From assembly GCA_028534125.1 (NCBI GenBank), contig CM052816.1, forward strand, positions 74,588,001-74,652,000: 64,000 nucleotides of DNA, written 5' to 3'. Shown in pieces: positions 39,494 through 50,480 of the stretch. The position numbers and the translations under genes were made by a program. Each line of letters opens with the position of its first letter. Within the stretch, counting starts at the first letter, position 1. This DNA comes from Lama glama (taxonomy: Eukaryota). Below the pieces are notes generated by a model that was not told the origin of the DNA, did no database searches, and saw only the letters and a list, made by a program, of their open reading frames with translations.

Positions 39494-40494
39494 GGTTTTG
39501 AGAATTTAATGGGGATTTAGCAAACAATGGACAAAAAATTGACTTCAAACATAGATAAGCCTACACAAGTATTTAAAGGGCAGAGGCTTCAAAGAATGTA
39601 AGAAATAGTTTAGATCATCACAAAGTAATGGGATATATAATGGGAAATCAGAATCTGTGCTGTCAGGAGAGTCATGTTATTGTGTAAAAACTTCATGATC
39701 TGGTACATCTAAGATAAAAGGGAAGTGATGTTTTCAAAGGGTGAGTGCCCCACCCGCCATGAGTGACTGGGGCATTTTCTAGTTTGTGATTCTGTAAGCA
39801 GTAAAAATATTTTGCTGCCAAGTGTGTCAGTGGAGGTGGGGAATGCAAGACTTAAACCATGTTCAGTGAAACTATTGCTCAGAATAAAGCTGGCCTTTCT
39901 TCATAACAAGGAAGAAATTTGGTATACCGCATTATCAGGAGAAGCAGATCTTTAAAATTTTCGTTATGAGTATTTTTTTAATGACTGCCTAAGTATTTAA
40001 ACATTTTTGAGCTCTGATTTAAGAAAAATGGAAACCTGTTTCTGTAGAGGCTGATGTGCCTAAAAATTACCTACCCATGTAACTAAAATGTAAGAGACAT
40101 AGTTTCAGACCTATGTATGTGACTTTCTAAAGAGGACTGTGGTATCCAATAATAAATGACTTTTGTGGCAGGGTCTAACACATAATTAGAAGGATCATGT
40201 ATTATCTGTTTATTAATGAGATCCATGTACAGAGATAGCAGAAAAGAAACTTTTAGGGTCTATCAATGCTTAAACTTAGAGCAACAGAAATATTTCTAAA
40301 AGCATTGCTTTTGTATACACACACCCAATTGTCGGTTTTACACACATTTTATACTCGTGTTAGTCTTGAGCTATTTCTTCCAGCTTTCATTTGCCAGGAG
40401 ACTCTGATAACATCAGTAAAATACAATCAGGATGGATAAGTTTTCCTTATCTTGCCTATACCATGGTTAGGCTGCAAATCCACCATCGTGACTT

Positions 40495-41311
40495 TTTTTT
40501 TCAGTTGTATATATATATACATATTCTTCAGATTCTTTTCCATTATAGGTTATTACAAGGTATTGAATACAGTTCCCTGTGCTATATATTAAATTCTTGG
40601 TTTTTATCTGTTTTACACATAGTAGAGTACATATGTTAATTGCAAACTCCTAATTAATCCCTCCTCACTTCCCCTTTGGTAACCATACATTTTCTGTCTG
40701 TGAATCTGTTTCTGTGTTGTATATAGTTTCAGTTGTATTATTTTTTAGATTCCACATGTATTGATATCATATATTTGTCTCTCTCTCTCTCTGACTCACT
40801 TCACTTATTATAATATTCTCTAAGTCCATCCATTTTGTTGCAAATGTCAATATTTCATTCTTTTTTATGGCTGAATAATATTCCATTGTATATATACCAC
40901 ATCTTTATCCATTTATCTATTGATGGACACCTAGGTTGCTTCCATGTCTCTCGGCTATTGTAGATAGTGCTGCTGTGAGCATCGGGGTGCACGTACCTTT
41001 TTGAATTAGAGTTTTCATCTTTTCTAGATATATGTCCAGGAGTGGGATTGCTAGATCATATGGTAATTCTATTTTTAGTTTTTTAAGGAACCTCCAGATT
41101 TTTCTCCATAGTGGCTGCACCAATTTACATTCCCACCAACAGTGTAGGAGGGTTCTCTTTTCTCCACACCCTCTGTAGCATTTATTATTAGTAGACTTTT
41201 TAATGGTGGCCATTCTAATCATGTGACGTGATACCTCATTGTTGTTTTGGTTTGCATTTCTGTAATTAGTGATGTTGAGCATCTTTTCATGTGCCTGTTG
41301 GTCATCTATAT
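40495..41311 (-). mobile_element. L1 ORF2 terminus and 3' UTR
   Basis: Peptide [42 protein letters not shown] is the L1 ORF2 C-terminus. Confidence 0.95.
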
Positions 41312-41831
41312 CATGATTTTTTGACTGAGGTAGGTCTAGCTGTCTAGAAGTCAATGAACGTGGCTTTATATAATCAACATGGGGAAGCCATTTAAGAGAC
41401 TGACATTAAACTCTTGGAAGGCAGAAAGTGAACCTTAAAGTCTCTTGGGAATTCTCCCTGCAGCAGAAAGTAGGAGCTTTAATGGATGCTCAGTAAATGC
41501 TTGACAGAACGTAAGTTCCATGGGGCAGCATTTACTGAATTCTGCTGATCACAGCCAAGCTCTCCATAAACCCTGTAGCTAAACTATTTTAGGAACTCAA
41601 AAGGAGCAACAGGGACTAAAGGGGACATCAAAACCAAGATTGAACCTTAAGGCTCTCTGGCTGTCATAACACTTCTCTTCCTGTTAGAACTATTGGCCAC
41701 CATACCCTGGCTGATTGGAAGTAGCAGGAAGGTCATTTTCAGGGAGAAGGACAAGGTCATACATAAGCTCTTGCCTCCCTATTATCTCTCTTGCTAGGTA
41801 ACAGTAATGTAGCTCAAGGAGTAATGCCCTA

Positions 41832-42512
41832 CATATATCTGGAGGGAACTCTAATTCAAAAAAATACATGTACCCCAATGCTCATAGGAGCACAATTTAC
41901 AATAGCCAAGACATGGAAGCAACCTAAATGTCCATGGACAGATGACTGGGTAAAGAAGCTGTGGTGTATATATATACGATGGAATTCTACTCAACCATAA
42001 AAAAGAATAAAATAATACCATTTTCTGCAACATGGATGGATGTGGAGATCATCATTCTAAGTGAAGTAAGCCAGAAAGAGAAAAGAAAAATACTATATGG
42101 TATCACTTACATGTAGAATCTTCTTAAAAAGACACAAATGTACTTATTTATGAAACAGGAACAGACTCACAGACATAGAAAACAAACTTATGGTTACAGG
42201 GTGTGGGGAAGGAGGTGGGATGGGATGAATTGGGACTTCAAGATTTGCAGTTACTACTATATATAAAACAGATAAACAACAAGTTCCATCTGTATAGCAC
42301 AGGGAACTATATTCAATATCTTGTAATAATTCATAATGAAAAAGAATATGAAAGCAAATATATGTATATATGTGTATGACTGAAGCATTATGCTGTACAC
42401 CAGAAATTGACACATTGTAACTGACTATACTTCAGTCAAAAAAATGTAAGCAGTACCATGAAGGCCAAAGAAAAAAAATTAATCATCATCATAATAATTT
42501 TTTAAAAAGAGA
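41832..42512 (+). mobile_element. 5'-truncated L1 with TSD and a short extra 3' segment
   Basis: Peptide TCTPMLIGAQFTIAKTWKQPKCP; TSD AGTAATGCCCTA at 41820-41831 and 42513-42524. Confidence 0.93.
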
Positions 42513-45199
42513 AGTAATGCCCTATTCAAACTCCTAATATTTAGAAACTGACTCTTATTATTCAAGTTTTGGTAGGGGAAAGCAAAGTCTCCTTATGTCC
42601 TCTTTTATCTAAAACTCCTCCAGCACCATCAAGCGTGGATGGATACACAGGGAAGTGGCAGTATCCAGGAGACACAACATCCGTGTGACTGACCCTACTC
42701 TCCAGAGCACTCACTCAGCACTCTGGTCTCTGGAAATCTGCTATGAGGCCATCACAGACATCTCTGTGCTCTGTGTACCTTCAAGCACAGCTTAGCATGA
42801 ATGGGGGCGGGGGTAAGTGAGAAAACTTACTGCCTTCAATACAACTATGTAGAGCGAGCTGATCTTAGGTAGACGACCTCCTTAGCCAGAATTTAAAAAT
42901 CTAGTAGAGAATCTTCTTGAAATGGTGGCTATTTGCTTCTGCTCATTGTCCTTTATAGCTGAGTGAACAACACTATAAAAATGCGTTCTTTCTGGAGCGA
43001 TGCTTGGCTGTCAGAGCCAAACATGTAAGAAGCAGTTGGAATTAAGTTTCTGATTTAGCATCCCTCTTAGATAGTTGGGGCAAGCTTCTATATCTTACTG
43101 TTTCTGTTTTGGAATGTGTGCCATCTCACTGAGGCAGTGAGCTGGCACCTACATTCTGTGGTTTCACAGGTATGGGACTAAGTGACACATCTAACCAAGT
43201 GACATGTCTTCTTATCCTCCCTTTTTTTCCCAGAGGGATAACGTTTATAAGGTACAGCTATTGCTTAAGGGTACTTGTTGCTTTTATAGACAAGCAACAA
43301 ACAGTAGGGAAAATAAGAGCCAGAAGACAGGTGTGCCAGTGCCACATTCAGGTCCCTCCCTCTATCTAATGAGCACTTACAAAATGTTCCAGGCACCTTG
43401 CATACAATGAGATGTGCACACAGAAAGAGAATACAGCAGCAGATTCCTTTGAGAGTGACACAGTGTAGCCGACAAGTAAGTGTAAGTTGTTTTTGCTACC
43501 CACTGAGAGATATGTGAATTATTTATTAGCTAATTTCTTCACCAAAATTACAGTCATACCACCTGTTGCTTGCCAGCCTAGTGAATTATTAATATCAATT
43601 GCTCCGTTTATTAACATATTTTCCTTACACTGTTCATCCAATATTAAACATAACCCCCCAATCACATCTCTTCTTTTTTCCTCTAGAAGGCTTTTTGTCA
43701 CTGCCTTACTACTGTGAAATCAAAAAAAAAGAAAAGAAAAGAAAAAGAAAGAAAAGAAAGTACTAGCTTCAAAATTAGCCCAACCCAGACCTATGGGGTA
43801 GTAGGTTCATGTGGATTAGGGTACAGAGCTATCCGTGCAGGTAACTGAAACTTGTTTCTTCTTGAAGCTTGAAGATATGTACACACTCACAGTAGAGGAG
43901 GCGTGAAAGCCTTGTCTTGTAGTGATATAGTGGAGGTGGAGCTTGGGAATTTCAGGAGTATTTAGCTCCGTGTGTTTTCATTATGCAGGAAATGGTTTTG
44001 AATGTTTCATCTCTTGCTGCTGATTAGTTTTGGAGCCATCAGCAGAAGCTCTCCTGGGGATCAAGATGATCCTATCTGTGCCCCGCCTTCACGGTATATG
44101 CAAATCTATTCTTGACAGCAGCTCCATCTGCTAAGCCACCAGTAATTTTACAAATTATGTCCAGTAGGACTGATCCTTTGTGAATGCCCTTCTTTCTATT
44201 AAGACAGAAAAAAGAGGGAAGAAAATGCTCCCTGTATCTGGCCAGCTGTGCTTCACCCTTGGTAGAGAGTTCTTACAGACTGAGAGGATGCCAAGCTCCT
44301 CTGGTGACTCACATCTTCTCTTGTCAAGACCAGTTGAGGCAACACAGTCGGAAACCTCCCTGCTTTGTGAAGAGGCACTTTGTGTCAGAAGGGGAACATA
44401 AGCACAAAAATAGTTAGGATTCTCGGAGCAGAGAGAATTAGTTCTTCATGACTAGCGAACAATTTCTGCCATTTAAGGCTAAAAGTATTATCAGCTAATC
44501 AGATATACCAGGGTTCTTCATTTCCAATGACTCATTCTCTTTGGAGGTCATTTAGCAAACTAGACCAAGAATTTTCTTAATCTTGTTGCAGAGCTGATGG
44601 CACGCAGAAAGCTAGGGCTGGTTATGTTGGCTGTGTCTCTGTTGAGATGCAGACCTGCAGCTGGGCCTGATCTTGGAACACCAAATGGACATCAATGTGT
44701 TGCATTATAGGAACCTAGTTTCTGGAAGTCGAGGCAGCAAGATAAAGTGTACATGATGATTTGGCCTCTGAGTTTGTAAGTGTTAGGTGTGTCTTGCCCA
44801 ACTGAATCCTGGGTGCAGCTATTGAAGGACAGATTGCCTTCAGGACAATTGGCACCTATGGGTGGTTGAATCCCCAGAGTTAGCAGGGTCGTATCAGAAG
44901 ACTCATTTATTCTCACCCATCATTTTCATCCGTAATTCACCCCCTTAGTTAAATCATTGATCCCAGTATAGGGCATATTTTCACATTTCATTTTATTCAA
45001 TATGTTCTCTTCCTAAATTCACCAATTTCACCTCTCTTCCTTGTCTTGCCAAAACAATCAGGGCTCTGTGGCTCAGTGGTAACCTTTCAAAGCAGCTTCC
45101 ACTAGACCAGAACTGGGTGATCTATCAGGGTCTAGTGTTTTCAGGCTGGCTTTCAAGAGCGTAAATCTTTAATTTTATCTCTTGGATTATGGATTGTCC

Positions 45200-45360
45200 T
45201 AGAAATTTTAATCCAGATCCTTCAATTTAAAGATAAAACAGCTGAAGTCCACAGTAGTTAAGTGACCTTCTAAGATTACCCAGCTGATTGGCTGTGAGTC
45301 TGGGATGGAAACCTAGGGACAGTCATTTGAACATGACACCACGGGCCTTTCACTCCTCTA
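45200..45360 (-). mobile_element. MIR fragment
   Basis: AAAGATAAAACAGCTGAAGTCCACAGTAGTTAAGTGACCTT..AAGATTACCCAGCT..AACCTAGG. Confidence 0.65.
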
Positions 45361-45829
45361 TCGTGTGTGTAGTGATAGATGTTTCACATTCCCCTCCACT
45401 GAGTATTTCCTTTTCATTCTATAATCTTGAGACCACTGGGTGTGATTTTCTTCCTCCTCAGACTTTCTCCCCTGAGCTTGTCAGCAAACAGTGAAGTATT
45501 GGAGGGGATTAAAGGGGGTTATGCGTCATTGCTATGAGAGTTTGTTAGTGCGATTCAAGAAATTCCTTCCTTAAGAAATTAAGTTGCAGGTTATCCCAGC
45601 ATTTCCACATCTTATCTTTAAAGAACAAGAGCAATTTACTCCCCTACTTGCGTTTCTTCTAAACACTTCCCTTAAGCTTTGAAATATCTGCTGAAAGAGG
45701 AAGAAACTATGTGCATACCTACAGGTGAAAAGCGGCTAAGTCTAGAGCATCCTCCTTGCCTGAGGATGTTCTTAGTTCTTAGTTTAAAACTAATATGTCT
45801 TTCCTTCAAACTTTTATGAAGCTTGTTAT

Positions 45830-46550
45830 ATAAATTTTTTCAACATTTATAAAAGTAGGCAGAATAGTATAGTGAATACTCAAATAACTATTAACCAAAC
45901 TTCAATAGTTATTAACTCATGGCCAGTCTTGTTTCATCTCTGCCCCGCCCCCTGTATTATTTGGAAGCAAATCCAGACATTTTATTCATTAGTATACATC
46001 TCTAAAATGTAAGCATTCCCGCCTCTTCCCCCCAGATTTATTGAGGTATATAATAAATAAAACTGTAAGATAAAGTGTACATTATGATTTGATACAATGT
46101 ACCTGGTGAAAGGATTCTCCCATCTATTTAGTTAACACATTCATCACCTCATTTATTTAAAAGATAGCATTTTAAGGTGTATTCATAATACCATTATAAT
46201 ATTAAAAATTAAAAATCAACTCTAAATTATTGAATATTCATATAGTGTTCAAATTACAAATGTCTTATAATGTCATAGTTTATTTTTTATAGTTTGTATC
46301 AGGCTCCAGATTTCCACATATTGCAATTGGTTATAAGTCTTTTAAGTCCCTTTTAATTTCTAGGTTCAAAATCTATCCCTCTCTGTCTCTATCTGCAATT
46401 TGTTGGTTGAAGAAACTGAGTTGTTTGTCCCAGAAAGTTCAGTGCAGTCTGGGTTTTGCTGATTGTTTCCCCAGGGTATCTTTCAACATGTTTTTCTGTC
46501 CTCTTTATTTTCTATAAACTGGTAATAGTATCTGAAAGTTGTATTAAATT
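45830..46550 (-). mobile_element. Old L1MC/ME-type 3' UTR with a nested short L1 end at ~46036-46160
   Basis: TATTATTTGGAAGCAAATCC, GGGTTTTGCTGATTG; nested TTTATTGAGGTATA..AAAGTGTACA..ATGATTTGATA..TAGTTAACACATTCATCACCTCA. Confidence 0.7.
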
Positions 46551-46669
46551 ATTTTCTCAAGAAAATGGGAAAGATACATAGTAATGTGCACTGGAGGATG
46601 GAGTGGAGCTGTTGATGTGAGGGACTGGCTTTCTGGATGTGGAGGAGGGAGACTCTGAATTCAGGAAAT

Positions 46670-46905
46670 GTGATGGCCGAGAGTGTAGACTTTGAAGCCC
46701 AACTGTCTGGGTTCCAATTTCGGTTCTGTTTAGCTGGGTAGCCCTGGGGAAATCACTTGACCTGCCTGTGCGTCAGTTATCTCCTCTGTTCAGTGAGAAC
46801 AATAATAGGATCTGCCTCACGGGCTTGTGAGGGTCAAGAAGATCAACATATGCGTACATAACATGCTTAGAACACGGCCATGATGTAAGTACTCTGTAAG
46901 TGTCG
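46670..46905 (+). mobile_element. MIR
   Basis: AGACTTTGAAGCC..CTGGGTTCCAAT..TCACTTGACCT..TCAGTTATCTCCTCTGT..AATAATAGGATCTGCCTCAC..GCTTAGAACAC. Confidence 0.85.
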
Positions 46906-47427
46906 TCTGTGACTTAGGAAGGAAGTTGCAGGGAGTTGAGGGCGAGGAGAGTCGTGAAACCAAGGTGCCTTTGCGGGGAGAGCAGCAGCCAGAGACCAGC
47001 CTTCCTATAGCTGTGCCAGGCCTGGTGGTCCTCCTCTAGTTTTGCCCCATTGCATTCTCTGTTTTCCTCATCTCTCTCCACTTTTCATTCCACGTAGGTC
47101 ATTTTCATCATATGAACACTTTGCATGTGAATCAGGAAGAAAGCAAAGCAGTGCTGAGTGGCACCCGGACCCAGAGTGTGGGGCCATCTGATGTTTGGAC
47201 GGCATCTGTTTGGGCCTTATGTTCTGCTACTGCCCCAGCCTCTTACCTCATGTCTGCCTCTTGTCCTACTTTCGTGCTTAAAGACTCAACGGCTGAAATC
47301 CTTGCTGGTGTTTCCCACCCATTTCTGATGGTTACCTGAGCTTCACGTGGACCCCCCCATGCTGTAGGCCACCCGTTACTTTACTCACTTGAATTCATCT
47401 CAACCTTTTTGTGCAGTCAGATTGCAT

Positions 47428-47927
47428 NNNNNNNNNNNNNNNNNNNNNNNNNNNNNNNNNNNNNNNNNNNNNNNNNNNNNNNNNNNNNNNNNNNNNNNNN
47501 NNNNNNNNNNNNNNNNNNNNNNNNNNNNNNNNNNNNNNNNNNNNNNNNNNNNNNNNNNNNNNNNNNNNNNNNNNNNNNNNNNNNNNNNNNNNNNNNNNNN
47601 NNNNNNNNNNNNNNNNNNNNNNNNNNNNNNNNNNNNNNNNNNNNNNNNNNNNNNNNNNNNNNNNNNNNNNNNNNNNNNNNNNNNNNNNNNNNNNNNNNNN
47701 NNNNNNNNNNNNNNNNNNNNNNNNNNNNNNNNNNNNNNNNNNNNNNNNNNNNNNNNNNNNNNNNNNNNNNNNNNNNNNNNNNNNNNNNNNNNNNNNNNNN
47801 NNNNNNNNNNNNNNNNNNNNNNNNNNNNNNNNNNNNNNNNNNNNNNNNNNNNNNNNNNNNNNNNNNNNNNNNNNNNNNNNNNNNNNNNNNNNNNNNNNNN
47901 NNNNNNNNNNNNNNNNNNNNNNNNNNN
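47428..47927. other. Assembly gap (500 N)
   Basis: Exactly 500 N, followed by a young L1 3' end. Confidence 0.99.
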
Positions 47928-48245
47928 ATATGTGGAATCTAAAACAAACAAACAAAGCATAAATACAAAACAGAAATAGACTCATAGACATAGAATACAA
48001 ACTTGTGGTTGCCAAGGGGGCAGGGGGTGGGAAGGGATAGACTGGGATTTCAAAATGTAGACTAGATAAACAAGATTATACTGTAAAGCACAGGGAAACA
48101 TATACAAGATCTTACAGTAGCTCACAGAGAAAAAAATGTGACAGTGAATATATATGTTCATGTATAACTGAAAAATTGTGCTGTACACTGGAATTTGACC
48201 CAACATTGTAAAATGATTATAAATCAATAAAAAATGTTAAAAAAT
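47928..48245 (+). mobile_element. Young L1 3' end (5' part in the gap)
   Basis: ATATGTGGAATCTAAAA..GACTCATAGACATAGAATACAAACTTGTGGTTGCC..AAATCAATAAAAAATG. Confidence 0.92.
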
Positions 48246-48654
48246 AGTAATGTGGAATTAAATATAAACAAATAAAGATGAAGTGGCATGTGTTATAGGA
48301 ATTTTTTTTAAAAAAATAATTTTAAAATTTTTTAAAAAAATAATAAAGCAGAGAAGTTTCCATTTCTTTTATATGCCTTACCTACATGTTTTATTTGAAT
48401 CCTCTGTATTCCAAAGAATCCCAATATTGAATAAGGAAAAGTTAAAATTAAGGACAAGGGTAGACATGAGTCACATAAGTATTACTAGGTAAACTTATGA
48501 TCCATCACTTCATTAATCTTGATTATAACACAAATGAGAAGTGTTAAGTGATGATCAGAACAAAGCATCCTTATGCAGCAAAGTTTCTAAGTAAGGAGAA
48601 CAATCATTAGACTCCAGAGTAGTTCGCTGTGAAATTTTCAAAGTGCACTGGTCC

Positions 48655-48671
48655 TCGCTGCCCCCTGCAGC
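48655..48671 (-). promoter_or_regulatory. Candidate CTCF motif
   Basis: Minus strand GCTGCAGGGGGCAGCGA versus consensus CCASYAGRKGGCRS, in a GC-rich unique patch; motif match only. Confidence 0.4.
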
Positions 48672-48974
48672 TGCGCACAGTGGGTAGGAGTGCCTCTGCC
48701 TGGCCCACCAGTACCGCAGTGCCTCAGAGGGGAGAAAGTTCAGGCCAGTGAACCAAGGGTGCGCTATTTAGATCCCTAGAAGAACTGTCTTTCATCATGG
48801 AGAGGCTCAAGGTAACTCTTTTGTGAGGTGTCATTGGTCTCTTCCCACCTCCATAAAAAATTAAACTTGACTTCATTCTGCTGTCTGCAAGCCAAATTAC
48901 AGTTCCCAGGCAACTGAAATTGTCATGTATTCGTAGAGAAATAATCGTTTGTTTACAATCAGCAGACATAGCTA

Positions 48975-49166
48975 TGAGACCCTTGAACAAGGTGGGGGTT
49001 AGGATGCCGACTCTGCGCACAGTTGAAAATTCAAGTATAACTTAGAGCTGGTCCTCTGTATCCCTGGATTCAACCAACCACGAATCGTGCAGAATTAGTC
49101 TCTATTACGGAAAAAAATCCAAGCAGGACCTATGCAGTTCAAACCCATTCTGTTCAACAGTCAAGA
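48975..49166. mobile_element. Tigger2-family MITE (MER8/Tigger2a-like)
   Basis: Terminal inverted repeats GACCCTTGAACA .. TGTTCAACAGTC; internal GATTCAACCAACCACGAATCG and GCAGTTCAAACCC. Confidence 0.85.
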
Positions 49167-49462
49167 GTCATCTTAAACAGGACACCTGAGGAAGGTAATT
49201 AAAGCAGTTCTGCTAGTAAAGCAGTCGGGGAATAAAGACAACAGTGTGGGCGACGTAAAAAACGCACAAAGCTAACTGGGCCTTGCTCCAGGACTTACCC
49301 CTGAAGCAGACAAAAGGATATGGGATACAAAACTGGTGGTGAAAAGGTTCAGCTTGGGAAGAGAATACCCTTCTCTGAATTCCGACTCAGAAAGGAGGAA
49401 GAATAAAAATCCAAAGAAGTCATGTATTGGCGAAGATGCCCCATCACATGAGACGGCCTAAA

Positions 49463-49626
49463 TTAGGGTTCACAAAGCGTGGTCCTCAGGCAAGCTGCGA
49501 GCTTGTTAGGAAAGCAAATTCAGGACCCCCACCCTGACCGACCAAATCAGAATCCCTGGGAATAAGGCCCGGGAAACTGGGTTGTAACAAGCCTGCCATG
49601 ATTTTTAAGGTTAGCGAACCACTGAC
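49463..49626. mobile_element. MER5A-like hAT-Charlie MITE
   Basis: TTCACAAAGCGTGGTCC..GAGCTTGTTAG..GCAAATTC..AATCAGAATC..TAACAAGCC..GAACCACTG. Confidence 0.8.
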
Positions 49627-50059
49627 CTAAATCATCTCAGTTAAAGCAGTAAACACCATCATCTGCTGAGAGCCAGAGGGCGGGGGCAGGACTTTAGAAC
49701 AGATGCAGGGAGGAATGCAGAATGGAGATGAGGAATTAATGCAAGGCTCAGTGAGTTGCACCAGGCCCATGTGAAGCTAGCTAGCAAACCTTTCCGAATT
49801 AAAAGTCTTCTTGTGTGCAAGCTTCTGAGCGTAACTTCCCTGCGCGGTAATAATGAATCTATGTAAAACTGCATTCTGATTTTCATACAGCTGACTATAA
49901 TCCCGGAAAGAAAGCCTGATCATAATAAAGAATCTGTTTATATATCTTATATATGTGTAGATATGCATATATAAGCGCCTATGTGTACGCACAGAATGCA
50001 TCAAATTATGCAAAAGGGAAAAGTCTGTCTGCACTAGGATAGAGGAGAAAATATCCTGG

Positions 50060-50480
50060 AACACAACTTAGACTCAAGCAAAGCTCATCACTGTGTGGCC
50101 CTGGGCAAGGTACTAAACATCTTCAGAGCTCACTGTCACTTCTGTAAAGTTGGATCTAGCATTCATTTATTCCAACAACAAGGGGAAGACAAGTTCATAA
50201 GTACACAGCACAGTGTATTATGATAAAGGCTATGAGGGAGGTCTTGATAATATACAGAATGCTTAGAGAACAGTGAAGAATTAGCAACTAATTCTAAACA
50301 AGGAAAACAAGGAAGCCTTCAAGTTGAAGAGGCAGTTGAGCAAGACCACAAAGAGCGGGAGAAAATTCAACAGGTGGAAGCCCATAGAGGTGGAGAATAA
50401 GAAAGTGTAGGGCAAGCAGGGATGGAAACGGCCCAGCACGGGTGTGCAGGAGCTAGACTGGTGCGGGAAGGACAAGCTCT
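50060..50480. mobile_element. MIR fragment (+) followed by an L2 fragment (-)
   Basis: TGTGTGGCCCTGGGCAAGGTACTAAAC..CTGTAAA, then CATTCATTTATTCCAACA..AGGAAGCCTTC.. Confidence 0.55.

Noticed and set aside
40917..41354. 145-aa ORF as a host gene
   Set aside because: Decayed L1 ORF2 C-terminus
47389..48015. Five ORFs of 177-206 aa
   Set aside because: N-gap artefacts
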